A DNA stretch of 50,776 nucleotides from IMG/VR virus record IMGVR_UViG_3300036785_000282, positions 1 to 50,776 of that record. One strand, written 5' to 3'. Shown here piece by piece: positions 1 to 9,437 of this stretch. The DNA is from a virus. Its lineage: Duplodnaviria > Caudoviricetes. Below the pieces are notes generated by a model. It worked only from the letters and a program-made list of their open reading frames with translations, had not been told where the DNA came from and did no database searches. Positions within the stretch are counted from its first letter, which is position 1; every line of letters starts with the position of its first letter. The position numbers and the translations under genes were made by a program.

Positions 1-125
1 CCGGATGCGGCACCGTGATGTAACGCCACGATTTCATGAAGTTGATAAAGCTGGGTCAATGCGGAATAAATAGCGTCACGATTATTGTAATCACGACCGC
101 CAGTTACGACGACAATAATTTTCAT
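1..125 (-). CDS. SLOG/YspA-like (DUF2493-type) protein, N-terminal part, truncated by the window edge
   Basis: Not in the ORF track. Manual translation MKIIVVVTGGRDYNNRDAIYSALTQLYQLHEIVALHHGAASG has the vtGGRdy and hhGaA.G motifs of YspA-like SLOG proteins. Confidence 0.75.
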   Translation of the reverse strand, partial: MKIIVVVTGGRDYNNRDAIYSALTQLYQLHEIVALHHGAAS

Positions 126-319
126 AATAGTTTCACCGTATTGAGGTCTAACATTGCGCACGACCATACATCACTGGAAGTACATGAACCCGTGGATTTT
201 CGATATTTAATCCCAGTAGCGCTAACCCAGTAAAGTTTTGTTTCACGTAGTTTAATACGACGGGCGGATGTGAAATGACTAGATATCGTTCCTGAATGTG
301 TCATTTTATTGTTCTTCAC
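122..319 (-). CDS. hypothetical phage protein
   Basis: ORF track; tightly packed in the minus-strand operon; the start may be the later ATG (MTHSG). Confidence 0.65.
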   Translation of the reverse strand: MKNNKMTHSGTISSHFTSARRIKLRETKLYWVSATGIKYRKSTGSCTSSDVWSCAMLDLNTVKLL

Positions 320-548
320 GTTGTTTGATCTCCAACATCTTTTTAATTACTGGCGCGATATTGTCGTTGTATCGATAACTTTGTGATTTTAAACAAAGGT
401 CGTCACCAATCGTTACTGAAACAGTAATATAGTTATTAATTATTTGAACCCTGTGGCTATTATCTTTACTCATTAAATTAACAACGTGATTGTTTGCGTT
501 GTTCAAAACGATATAACCAAGGAATCTAAAATGATCCAGCGGTGTCAT
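306..548 (-). CDS. hypothetical protein
   Basis: ORF track; overlaps neighbours as in an operon. Confidence 0.6.
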   Translation of the reverse strand: MTPLDHFRFLGYIVLNNANNHVVNLMSKDNSHRVQIINNYITVSVTIGDDLCLKSQSYRYNDNIAPVIKKMLEIKQREEQ

Positions 549-744
549 GTTTTTTCCTTAATAAATCACCATCTTTTTCTAACCCCGCTAAATGAGCCAT
601 CCAATAAATATCAATCGGGTCATGAAATGCATGTTCACCCATCATAGATAGTGCGGCATAAATAGCTTCAGGGGAACGACTCACACCATCCCCCATAAGT
701 TTCTGAACCCGTTTTAGGCTAGCGTTAAGATTTTTCATTATCAA
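526..744 (-). CDS. hypothetical protein
   Basis: ORF track; operon packing. Confidence 0.6.
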   Translation of the reverse strand: MIMKNLNASLKRVQKLMGDGVSRSPEAIYAALSMMGEHAFHDPIDIYWMAHLAGLEKDGDLLRKKHDTAGSF

Positions 745-1015
745 TCATCACGGTATCGAATCGATGTCTGGTAATACTATATGATTTTGATTTGGTCAAT
801 CTTGAAACATCATGACCAGTTGGTAATACATGGGTCAACCATAACGCCTTAACTTTACCATTCCGTAATTTATATAAATCAGTTTCTAATTCACTATGAT
901 GTAACCCGTTGCCGTCACATACCAAATCGGGTTTGAAAATATTAATCAAAGTTTTGATATTTTTAGTTTTACCACAACCCTGTGGGCCATGAACTATAAT
1001 TATTTCATTATTCAT
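725..1015 (-). CDS. small P-loop NTPase-like protein
   Basis: Walker A GPQGCGKT after a hydrophobic strand; GGAG RBS upstream. Confidence 0.65.
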   Translation of the reverse strand: MNNEIIIVHGPQGCGKTKNIKTLINIFKPDLVCDGNGLHHSELETDLYKLRNGKVKALWLTHVLPTGHDVSRLTKSKSYSITRHRFDTVMIDNEKS

Positions 1016-1058
1016 TATGAGTTACTCCAGTTATGTGCCCAGTAGGGTGCGGTTGGTG

Positions 1059-1220
1059 TTAGTCCTGTGGCTCGACTTTTATACCGGGCAGATAATAAGC
1101 ATGTTGTTTCTTGTCGCTCCATCGCGCCGCAAGTTCTTTTGCATCGCTCTCATTCAGGTCATCACTTAGCACATAACGTTTATTGTCGAGCGGATTTAAG
1201 TAAGTCACCTTGAACATCAT
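1059..1220 (-). CDS. hypothetical protein, 53 aa (MMFKVTYLNPLDNKRYVLSDDLNESDAKELAARWSDKKQHAYYLPGIKVEPQD)
   Basis: Manual translation; GAGGG RBS supplied by the repeated intergenic element. Confidence 0.7.
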   Translation of the reverse strand: MMFKVTYLNPLDNKRYVLSDDLNESDAKELAARWSDKKQHAYYLPGIKVEPQD

Positions 1221-1291
1221 GATAACCCTCTGCTGTTGTGATACGCCCCGTAGGGCATGTTGTTAAATATTAGTTTAGAGTTACTCCTCTG

Positions 1292-1453
1292 TCACTTAGT
1301 GGCTTTAATCTTAGCAACACATTTTTTACATTTCTTTTCGGTAGGTAGTTTATTCCAACCACTGGGGGTAATTGTACAGGCATAAAACCCACCTATCATC
1401 CCGCTCTGACCACAAAGCGCTGAACCATTCTTACCAGCATGATAAATAGCCAT
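1292..1453 (-). CDS. small Cys/His-rich putative zinc-binding protein, 53 aa (MAIYHAGKNGSALCGQ...KKCKKCVAKIKATK)
   Basis: Manual translation; GAGGG RBS; H..C..C..CxxC pattern. Confidence 0.7.
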   Translation of the reverse strand: MAIYHAGKNGSALCGQSGMIGGFYACTITPSGWNKLPTEKKCKKCVAKIKATK

Positions 1454-1508
1454 CGTGTAACCCTCTGCTGTAGCGATACGCCCCGTAGGGCGCGGTGGGT
1501 GTTATTAA

Positions 1509-1721
1509 TTAACTGCGGCGAGCAACGTGTTCGGACGGGTTTACGCTTGAATCGCTCCACTTACCTATATAAGCAATTTTCATTTGGTCGCGGGGTATTC
1601 CAAGTGCATCAGCATGGCGAGCGCCTTCTATGAGTGACTGCGCCTTATCGACGGCTGGAAATTGAGCATAAGGGCCGTTTGCTGAACCATTGATCATTTG
1701 GCGAACGTAATATCTTTTCAT
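1509..1721 (-). CDS. hypothetical early protein (MKRYYVRQM...)
   Basis: ORF track 1509-1784; the real start is probably ATG 1721 after AAGGA, because the upstream part is promoter sequence. Confidence 0.7.
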   Translation of the reverse strand: MKRYYVRQMINGSANGPYAQFPAVDKAQSLIEGARHADALGIPRDQMKIAYIGKWSDSSVNPSEHVARRS

Positions 1722-1797
1722 AATTTTGTTTCCTTTTATCTGTTTCGTTTCGATGTGGTAAAGATAACTGATCTGGTGCAACACGTCAAGAATTATT
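1715..1797 (-). repeat. 83-bp promoter-leader-RBS cassette, inverted copy of 49813-49895
   Basis: 80/83 identical by manual comparison. Confidence 0.9.
1761..1797 (-). promoter_or_regulatory. sigma70-type early promoter (shared motif class)
   Basis: AATAATTC-TTGACG-17 nt-TATCTT. Confidence 0.8.
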
Positions 1798-2057
1798 TAA
1801 ATAATTATTTCGACACCGCGCCGCTGTAACTCATCAACTATCTGCCATTCGTCACACAATACCTCACCAACCGGGAACATACTCACGCAATCCCATTCAT
1901 CCCACATCGTTTTAAGTACCGATGTTTCAACAGTTTTTAGTGCCGCTACTTGAATTTGCTCAATCTCACTAACATAGGGACAGTTGCGGTAATCCGCGTA
2001 CCGGTTTGTTTCAAACCACCCCCGGCGCTTTTGGATCAGCTCTTGATATCGTGTCAT
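1797..2057 (-). CDS. hypothetical protein
   Basis: ORF track; abuts the upstream gene. Confidence 0.7.
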   Translation of the reverse strand: MTRYQELIQKRRGWFETNRYADYRNCPYVSEIEQIQVAALKTVETSVLKTMWDEWDCVSMFPVGEVLCDEWQIVDELQRRGVEIII

Positions 2058-2912
2058 TTATTGTAACTCACAGATAGAACAACCACCTTCACCAAGGAGA
2101 ATACCTTTATTTACATATTCTGCCATTTTTTCATCTATTGTTTTACCCCTACACAACCCCCGTGTACTACTATTTGGTAGTCGTTTGGTAGCTATATAAT
2201 TATCTTCCAACGCTTTTATACGCAAATAATCATCATGGCTATTCATCTTTAAATCATAAATTTCCTTACCGTTCATATGTGGACAACAAAAACAACTAGA
2301 TTTACCCGGATAATATAAACCGACACGTTTTACAGCTTTAGATTCTCCTTCACCGATATTGAGATCCGCTAAAGGATAAACGTTAATCCACTTATCCTCG
2401 GGTTTCCAACCCTTAAATCGATGTGTTTCATCAGCATTTATACCAACCATTCTTAAAATACTACCTTTATGACTAGAAATTCTACTACCTTTCTTATTTA
2501 TTCCCCATGCTTTTAAAACTTCAGGATGGTTATTAAAATATTTATCTGCGGTTTCAATTTTAAATCTCATACTGCAAGATTTAGCACCGAATGCAGCACC
2601 GGGTAACGTACCGTCTTTTTCAGCAGTTCCTATTACACTAAGCCTCTCACCATTTTTATCGGTTTTATGTAAACATACTACTTTTGACCATTTTTTTTCA
2701 TTACACCAAGATTTTAAAAATCCGATGAATTCATAAGTATGTCCGAATTCCGAACCAGTATCACAAAATACGATTTCATCAGGTTCTAAACCTATTTCAT
2801 ATAATTCGGCAATCAACATGACTGTATCATCACCCATCCCAGCCATAACCACACGGAAAGAAGTTGCCATCCATGCGGCTCGAAAATCAGGACGATCATT
2901 AAAGAAAATCAT
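2058..2912 (-). CDS. PAPS-reductase-like adenine nucleotide alpha-hydrolase family protein
   Basis: Degenerate PP-loop (AGMGDDT), IVFCDTGSE, SCSMRFK, GINADE, YPL, KSSCFCCP and a C-terminal CxxC. Confidence 0.75.
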   Translation of the reverse strand: MIFFNDRPDFRAAWMATSFRVVMAGMGDDTVMLIAELYEIGLEPDEIVFCDTGSEFGHTYEFIGFLKSWCNEKKWSKVVCLHKTDKNGERLSVIGTAEKDGTLPGAAFGAKSCSMRFKIETADKYFNNHPEVLKAWGINKKGSRISSHKGSILRMVGINADETHRFKGWKPEDKWINVYPLADLNIGEGESKAVKRVGLYYPGKSSCFCCPHMNGKEIYDLKMNSHDDYLRIKALEDNYIATKRLPNSSTRGLCRGKTIDEKMAEYVNKGILLGEGGCSICELQ

Positions 2913-5267
2913 TTATTTAGTTCCTGTAAACGGAATGACGTTGTTAGGTGCAATCATAAAACCATCCTTTAATCGTAAGCCTTTCCATCCCTGCACCGTT
3001 GTAGCTACGCCATCCATACGTATGCTGCCCTTATCTGCTCTACCGCGCATAGTGGAGCGCATAGCCCGTGTGAAGGTGGTACGTGTCATAGCTGAACCGC
3101 CTTCACTAACGCGCCACATTTTATAAGCGTTATAAACTGCTTCAGTGGTTTCTTTATAGCCTTCACCAAGTTCACAACGTTCTAAAATAAAGCCCATCAA
3201 TGGTGCCTGCTGACTAATGATCTCTTCACGTTCAATACGACTTGCTTCTGGTTCAGTAAATCTACCATTAGTTCTTAAACGGGCTAGACCTTCTATTGCC
3301 CAATTGCATATCCCCGGTAACTCAGTAAGTAAACGCCCGGTTAGTGTCGGATCTTCCGATCCTAAATAAGTACGGTTGAAAGGAAGAATCAATAGACGGT
3401 TTGCCATAGCGCCGGAATCATCAGCAAATGACGGTACATTGTTTGCTGCCATGGTTATGCGACCCGGTAAACAACCATTCCACGCGCCCTTATATTTGCG
3501 GTTAAATGAAATATTATCGTTACCAGTAATGGCTTTGAATGACTCCATTACCTTATTTCTGTCGTTACCCGTGATACTGTGAGCATCACCCACAAACAAT
3601 ACAGTTTTATCGCTGATGTTTTCTAAAATCGCATCATTAGACAAACCACCTAAAGAAATACCGGCATAAGTCTGATCACCTACCAGTTCTTTCAATATGC
3701 GCCCAATGGTACCTTTACCGGAACGAGGCGCACCAATAAACAACATCGCTTTTTGATATTCATAGCTGGTTACTAACATATAACCTAACCATTCCTGCAA
3801 CAGTCCAATGCGTTCGGCATCACCTTCCAATGTACCGGCTAAGAACGATAACCACTGTGGCGCTTTAACAGCGGGGTCGTAATTATATGGTAACATGCCA
3901 GTAGTGAAATAAGCCGCGTTATGCGGTTCTAACACGCCTGTATGAACGTCTAAAATACCATTTTGACAAACCACCAAGTGTGATGTATCACGGCCCGGCC
4001 ATGTTCCTAATACGATAGCTGAACGAGTAAATAAATAACTCAATACTTTGAATGTACCGTTAATAACATCGGCTTTTGGTTCACTGGCTAACATCGCCAT
4101 AGTGAGTTGGTGTTTTAATTCATCTTCTGTAAATCGTTCCCAAACCTTACCGTTAAAGCGATATGGCTGTTGTTGAACAAATACTAACGTATTGTTGGGG
4201 TAATAGTTTTGTACAAATGTTGCCGCGTTAACAGTATGGTTTTGCGCATAATTACCACCGGGCGACACACGGCTATAGGCTGGTTCGATATTTGGCACAA
4301 CCAAAGTAGGCGCAGGCTGAACCATGTTCATTAACTCAGTGGTTAATTTCGGCGGTTGTTTATAAACAACGTCGCAGCGATCGATAGCACTTAAAATGGT
4401 GTCTTGACGATATTTAGCACGTTCTGACCATTTACCACGGACTAACGCCGATTTATTAAATAAGTGTTCTATACGTTCGCAGTTGCAACCGGTCCAAAAT
4501 GCCAGATGTGAACAAAGTGCCATATCGGCAGAACTAAAGTTAAATTCCTTTCCCTGATCGCTCGGATATGTAGCTGATAAAGCTTCAATGTTGCGATTCC
4601 ATAAATCCTTAAAACTGGCTTTATTATTAAATGTTGTTCCAGCTGATTTACTTTCAAGAGCACGCCGAATTAGTTCCTCATCATCGGTAGGGCCATCCCA
4701 ATCTGGTCTTGGTGCCGTTGTCCAGTTATCTGGATTCTTATCACTGGCTACACGACCATAATCAGATATCATTGATAAAACACCGGCTGTGCAATCAACA
4801 TCCGGGTCACCTTGGCCCTGCATCGTCATGGCAACGAAACGCCACCGATAATACATTTCAAGCCCTAGTTTCTGATCATTCAATGAGCTAAATGATTCCG
4901 GCACTTCTGATGTACTACAAATAATATGTAGGCCGGTGCCAGATTGAGAAACCTCAATATAAGCACCGGGGAAGCGATTACAAATACCTAACGCAAACGC
5001 AGACCATGTATTATCAGGCTGCAAACAGTTGTCTATATCGATAAAGAAATACGGGTCATACTCCGATATCATATATCCGATACCGGTCATTGCTGTTACA
5101 CGTGCCACATTCAACGCAGTGTGATAATCAGACCAATGAGCAGGATTTGTTGAATCGGCACCATAACCGGTGTTTGGGCTATACGGAACTTTAGTAGGCT
5201 TTGGACGGCCTTCTACATGTTCCAACTTCCACATGATCCAGTTTTTACGCTGGTGAAGTCCGTTCAT
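2913..5267 (-). CDS. DNA primase-helicase (Prim-Pol N-terminus plus P4/D5-type SF3 helicase)
   Basis: FIDID and EVSQSGTGLH primase motifs; Walker A GAPRSGKGT; D5-like C-terminus. Confidence 0.92.
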   Translation of the reverse strand: MNGLHQRKNWIMWKLEHVEGRPKPTKVPYSPNTGYGADSTNPAHWSDYHTALNVARVTAMTGIGYMISEYDPYFFIDIDNCLQPDNTWSAFALGICNRFPGAYIEVSQSGTGLHIICSTSEVPESFSSLNDQKLGLEMYYRWRFVAMTMQGQGDPDVDCTAGVLSMISDYGRVASDKNPDNWTTAPRPDWDGPTDDEELIRRALESKSAGTTFNNKASFKDLWNRNIEALSATYPSDQGKEFNFSSADMALCSHLAFWTGCNCERIEHLFNKSALVRGKWSERAKYRQDTILSAIDRCDVVYKQPPKLTTELMNMVQPAPTLVVPNIEPAYSRVSPGGNYAQNHTVNAATFVQNYYPNNTLVFVQQQPYRFNGKVWERFTEDELKHQLTMAMLASEPKADVINGTFKVLSYLFTRSAIVLGTWPGRDTSHLVVCQNGILDVHTGVLEPHNAAYFTTGMLPYNYDPAVKAPQWLSFLAGTLEGDAERIGLLQEWLGYMLVTSYEYQKAMLFIGAPRSGKGTIGRILKELVGDQTYAGISLGGLSNDAILENISDKTVLFVGDAHSITGNDRNKVMESFKAITGNDNISFNRKYKGAWNGCLPGRITMAANNVPSFADDSGAMANRLLILPFNRTYLGSEDPTLTGRLLTELPGICNWAIEGLARLRTNGRFTEPEASRIEREEIISQQAPLMGFILERCELGEGYKETTEAVYNAYKMWRVSEGGSAMTRTTFTRAMRSTMRGRADKGSIRMDGVATTVQGWKGLRLKDGFMIAPNNVIPFTGTK

Positions 5268-5599
5268 TTAATCACCACTTTATTACCTGTTATGGCTTCA
5301 ACGATAGCCGATCCAATATCTGAATTCGTTTTATTACCTAATTGGTCACGGTTACCCGTTATATTTCTGAAACGAAAACCAATATCAGATAATTCTGATT
5401 CACTGAAAATTAATGTTTTATATATTTCAGCAACTAACGATAACTCTGTATTACCTTGTAACGCGACGTAAACTTTTGGAATTTCATTTACCGTACCGTC
5501 AACTTTTACATCAACCACACCTTTTAATACAGTGCCATCAACTTTTACAAAGCTGCCAACTGTGCAATTTTCAGTTAATTTAATTTCTACATTTGACAT
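5264..5599 (-). CDS. hypothetical protein
   Basis: ORF track; ATGA overlap with the primase gene. Confidence 0.7.
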   Translation of the reverse strand: MSNVEIKLTENCTVGSFVKVDGTVLKGVVDVKVDGTVNEIPKVYVALQGNTELSLVAEIYKTLIFSESELSDIGFRFRNITGNRDQLGNKTNSDIGSAIVEAITGNKVVIK

Positions 5600-5631
5600 T
5601 TGACAAGCCCCTAGTGAAATTACGAATTACG

Positions 5632-5668
5632 AGTTTAACACAAAATCGTGCAATCCGTCAAGATTTAT
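5632..5668 (-). promoter_or_regulatory. promoter upstream of the primase operon carrying the TTGACGnnTTGCA motif
   Basis: TCTTGACGGATTGCA...TGTTAAACT on the minus strand. Confidence 0.6.
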
Positions 5669-5840
5669 TAGAAAGCTTACGTTCGACAGATACAAGTTTT
5701 ACTAAATTAATAGCCGATTTCCCAGTTAATAAATTACGTGTAATGTGTGCCGTGGTAAGCCCCATTTCTTTAGCCACTGTATCAATACCATTACTGTTAA
5801 TTACACTTTCTAAGCGATTGACACGATCTTCATATTTCAT
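5658..5840 (-). CDS. small HTH-like putative transcription regulator
   Basis: 60 aa; IDTVAKEMGLTTAHITRNL resembles a helix-turn-helix. Confidence 0.55.
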   Translation of the reverse strand: MKYEDRVNRLESVINSNGIDTVAKEMGLTTAHITRNLLTGKSAINLVKLVSVERKLSNKS

Positions 5841-6325
5841 TTTAACATTTCCTCGAATTGTGAAGGGTGGCTGATAAAATTAAACAATCCCCCTGAATGA
5901 GTGACTACTGCGCCAAAGGTAGCTTGTGCCTGTCCGCGTTTATCACTGGGTATCAAATGCCAGCCCGGCTTTTTCATTTCAGCGGCAATGAATTGACCTA
6001 TTTTTGTACCAACATGATGAGGTTGAATCAGTATCGTTTTAATACCGATATAGTCACTGGATTTCATCACAGTGTTAATACGTTGCGATGTGTTTCCTAG
6101 GCCGTAGCGTATCATTACATCGTCTTCATTTTTTAAGGCTCCGCTATTATTTCGCCATAATCTTTGCCCATAACGCGCCGCTATTAATTCACATTCGCGG
6201 GATGTTGCAGACTCACTTTTACCATCTTCATGACGTGTACCATCGGGTTGAAAAACATAAAATAAATCTACCATAGCTGCATCACTGATACCGTGTTTAC
6301 GTTGCCAATCTTCTAACATAAACAT
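5837..6325 (-). CDS. VRR-NUC family nuclease (putative junction resolvase)
   Basis: LWRNNSG, RYGLG, SSDYIG, FIAAEMK PD-(D/E)xK pattern. Confidence 0.85.
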   Translation of the reverse strand: MFMLEDWQRKHGISDAAMVDLFYVFQPDGTRHEDGKSESATSRECELIAARYGQRLWRNNSGALKNEDDVMIRYGLGNTSQRINTVMKSSDYIGIKTILIQPHHVGTKIGQFIAAEMKKPGWHLIPSDKRGQAQATFGAVVTHSGGLFNFISHPSQFEEMLK

Positions 6326-6849
6326 TAAACCACCCCCAGTTTTTTAAAACCAGCACAGAGGTATTTAATTTGATGCAACGAATCATCTAATGCATTGTGG
6401 TGAACACCTTCACGAATAATAGATTTTGGACCAATACCAGACAGGTCAGCAACAGTTCGTACATCGCGGATATCCCAGAATTTCCATGGGCAAACAACAC
6501 CCATTTTATCAAACCATGCCTCAAGCAATACCATATCGAAAACTGATCCATTGCCCCACGGGATGATGTTTTTACTATTTTGTTTTAACCATGCTGTAAA
6601 ACGTTGAGCAACTTCAAAAGGGTTTTCTGTGCCATTCCATGCTTCATCATATGCAGCTTGTGGTTGGGTTTTCCACCATTTCAAAGTATCTACACTGGAT
6701 GTCCCATACATTAAAGCCTGTGCGCCAATACGGGCATAGAATTTGTCACCTACTGTACCATCACGATCGAATTTCACCGCGCCAATGGTAAGGATTGCGG
6801 AACCCGGTTTAGTTCCCGGCGTTTCAATATCGATCATCACATCGTTCAT
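6325..6849 (-). CDS. DEDDh 3'-5' exonuclease
   Basis: MIDIET, WGNGSVFD, RDVRT and HNALDD motifs. Confidence 0.9.
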   Translation of the reverse strand: MNDVMIDIETPGTKPGSAILTIGAVKFDRDGTVGDKFYARIGAQALMYGTSSVDTLKWWKTQPQAAYDEAWNGTENPFEVAQRFTAWLKQNSKNIIPWGNGSVFDMVLLEAWFDKMGVVCPWKFWDIRDVRTVADLSGIGPKSIIREGVHHNALDDSLHQIKYLCAGFKKLGVV

Positions 6850-8531
6850 TTCATCATATCCCCAAGAATTTTTTTATTTAATTCGGCAGCTTCGCGCTTT
6901 CCTAAAGCTTGTGATGTTAACACATCAACGCCGTAACTTGTATAGAAATATTTATAAGCATCTGAATCAGAAATACCTCTGTCACGCTGATATCCTGCCC
7001 ACATTGCGATGGTATTTCGTAACGTTAATTGAGCATCATTAAGTTCACGGATATTTTTAGCGGCGCTATACGCGGCGATAGAAGAAGCACCGGCATACAA
7101 CATAGAATCCCTAACTGTATTTGGGTCACGGTCTATAATCACTACAGCCCTGCGTAATTCTTCTAACTCTTGTGGTGTTAATTCACGCAGATTACCTTCA
7201 ACGCGATCCGGGCCATGACGTTCTATTTTAATAGGTTCAGCACCACACCATGGGCATCGTGAAAGTGTTGCAGGGTAAGGTAGTAAACATGGTGCGATAC
7301 CTTTTTCTTTATCACCTTTATTTGTACAAACTGTGTTGCTTTTATCATCATCGGATGGTGAATCGCTTTTCTTATCCCTTGAATCTAATGACCAACTATA
7401 ATGGTCATCTGGCAATGGAAAACCACGGGCAATGAACCGGCGAACATTACCAACTTTATCAATGATGAGTGCTTTTTTACCCGGCGCGGGTCGTAATGGC
7501 CTACCCCATTGTTGAGTAAATAAACTATAACTTTGAGTAGGGCGATCCATAACCGCACATTCCATTGCGGGGCAATCATAACCTTCACCAAATAAATCAC
7601 AGTTAACTAAAACAAGGGTGCGACGTTGTTCAAAACGTTCTAAAATTGCGGCCCGTTCTTCATCGCTATCACGGGAACTAATAGACTCGGCAGCGATGCC
7701 CTGATCGCGGAATTCTTTTGCCAATGCTTCAGATGAATCAACGCTGTCAGTAAATACTACTGTTAATAATCCTTCAGCATATTGTTTCCATGTCGAAACG
7801 GTATCACCAACAATATTTGATGCCTTCATGGCTTTACTAAGCTTAGAGGGTACGTAATCACCCGTTGTCGAACTGATCATATCAGCGGTCAAATCAATAT
7901 CAGTTTCAGCCATGATTAATCGATAATCAGCTAAATGGCCTAGACCGATTAAGTCGCGCATACTCGGCCCAATAATTAACCGATCTGCGAATCCTTGAGC
8001 ATGACGCCCCAGCCCTTTACCATCTGCGCGGATTGGTGTTGCAGTAGGTGCTAAACCTTTTGCATTTTTAAATTTAAGCCGGTTCTGTCCCCATGTAGAA
8101 TCGCGGGTTAAATGATGACCCTCATCGGTAAAAAACCGGGTTACACCATCGAACCAACGTTCATTGTTTTTGTTTATCAAAGTTTGTGAACTTGCAATTA
8201 CAATATCAGCATTGGGCGCATAAGTGCTGTAACCCAACTTTTTCATTTGCTGCGATGTGGAAAACTTAACAGTAGGTGTTGCGGCAACAAAACGGTGTGC
8301 TAATCCCTCTTTAGCGATAGCCATAGCGACTTGTGAAACGAGTTCTTTCCTGTGAACTTGAATTACTTTCACGCCGTCTACTTTAACTAATTCAGCCATA
8401 CAGCGTGTTTTACCGGCACCTGTAGGCAAAACACCAGTAACATCTTTATCACCGGATTCCCACGCGGCGTTAATGTTGTCGCAAAACTCTTGTTGGTAGT
8501 GACGTAGTGGAAATTTTGACATTGTTTTCAC
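6846..8531 (-). CDS. superfamily 2 DNA helicase
   Basis: LRHYQ, PTGAGKT, DEGHH, TATP, GEGYDCP and QQWGR motifs. Confidence 0.93.
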   Translation of the reverse strand: MKTMSKFPLRHYQQEFCDNINAAWESGDKDVTGVLPTGAGKTRCMAELVKVDGVKVIQVHRKELVSQVAMAIAKEGLAHRFVAATPTVKFSTSQQMKKLGYSTYAPNADIVIASSQTLINKNNERWFDGVTRFFTDEGHHLTRDSTWGQNRLKFKNAKGLAPTATPIRADGKGLGRHAQGFADRLIIGPSMRDLIGLGHLADYRLIMAETDIDLTADMISSTTGDYVPSKLSKAMKASNIVGDTVSTWKQYAEGLLTVVFTDSVDSSEALAKEFRDQGIAAESISSRDSDEERAAILERFEQRRTLVLVNCDLFGEGYDCPAMECAVMDRPTQSYSLFTQQWGRPLRPAPGKKALIIDKVGNVRRFIARGFPLPDDHYSWSLDSRDKKSDSPSDDDKSNTVCTNKGDKEKGIAPCLLPYPATLSRCPWCGAEPIKIERHGPDRVEGNLRELTPQELEELRRAVVIIDRDPNTVRDSMLYAGASSIAAYSAAKNIRELNDAQLTLRNTIAMWAGYQRDRGISDSDAYKYFYTSYGVDVLTSQALGKREAAELNKKILGDMMK

Positions 8532-8549
8532 CCTTGTTTGATGGGCCTT

Positions 8550-8600
8550 ATCTTAGAGCAGTAAAAAAAGATTTGCAATCCGTTAAGAAATGTTTTAACT
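8550..8600. promoter_or_regulatory. overlapping divergent promoters between the two replication arms
   Basis: Plus TTGCAA-17-TAACTT; minus TTGCAA-17-TAAGAT; contains the TCTTAACGGATTGCA motif. Confidence 0.6.
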
Positions 8601-8646
8601 TCTATCTCGTCAACCCGACAAACAAAAACTTTAATGGAGCAACACA

Positions 8647-9435
8647 ATGTTTGAACTGAAACTGGTAGTTGAAGCGCCCGGCCTTGAAACAGCAATCAAT
8701 AATTTAGCAGCAGCTATCGCAACCGGTGCTGGTCCTGCTCGTACTATTGCGGCGGATAGTGTCGTTACAACTGGTAGTATTCCAACGCTTGTAGTAGCTA
8801 CACCAACTGTTGACGATTCAAGTGATGACGATTTGCCGGGTGCAGCTTTACCTGATATGACCGGGCAACTTGATAAATGGGGTCTACCGTGGGATCAGCG
8901 TATTCACGCCAACGCTGCGGAAAAGATCGCCAAAGGTACAGGCCAGTGGAAAAAACGTAAAGGTGTAGAAGAAACGTTCTTCCAACGTACCCAAACTGAA
9001 CTGATCGCCGCTGCTCATGCTGCGGGTGTTTATACCGGCCCTGAAAATCTCATTCCTAAACCAGCGGGTTATGTCGCACCAGTATTGACCGCTGATCCTA
9101 CTGTTGTACCGGCACCCCCAGTAGTTCCTGCTCCACCTGCTGCTGTACCCGCTCCACCTGCACCAGCACAAACCACAGTGACCGCTGTTTATACTCACGA
9201 TGTGCTTCAGAGTGCGGTAATGAAAATGTTCAGCAATCCTGAAATTGGCGCAAAAGCCGGTGAAATCGCACCGCGTCTGTTAGCACTGTATGGTGTTGCC
9301 GCGATTCATGAAACCCCGGCTGATAAACTGGAAAGTTTTGTAAAATTGGTTGAAGCAATTGAATCAGCACCGGCTGATAGTATGGCAACACTCAGTGCCG
9401 CTGAAGTTAAAAAATCAATGGGGGTAAGTTTCTAA
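8647..9435 (+). CDS. replication-module hypothetical protein with a Pro/Ala-rich linker
   Basis: GGAG RBS; LDKWGLPWDQRIHA motif; precedes the nuclease, SSB and polymerase genes. Confidence 0.8.
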   Translation: MFELKLVVEAPGLETAINNLAAAIATGAGPARTIAADSVVTTGSIPTLVVATPTVDDSSDDDLPGAALPDMTGQLDKWGLPWDQRIHANAAEKIAKGTGQWKKRKGVEETFFQRTQTELIAAAHAAGVYTGPENLIPKPAGYVAPVLTADPTVVPAPPVVPAPPAAVPAPPAPAQTTVTAVYTHDVLQSAVMKMFSNPEIGAKAGEIAPRLLALYGVAAIHETPADKLESFVKLVEAIESAPADSMATLSAAEVKKSMGVSF

Positions 9436-9437
9436 TC

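Larger units (their letters stand above)
1035..1506 (-). repeat. three copies of an intergenic hairpin+RBS element (ACCGCGCCCTACGGGGCGTATC..CAGCAGAGGGTTA)
   Basis: 1223-1256 and 1458-1491 match at 32/34 nt; a partial copy lies at 1036-1061; each copy precedes a small gene. Confidence 0.85.

Noticed and set aside
5658-5840. HTH gene as a lysogeny repressor
   Set aside because: No integrase, partition genes or CI/Cro switch is visible in the window.
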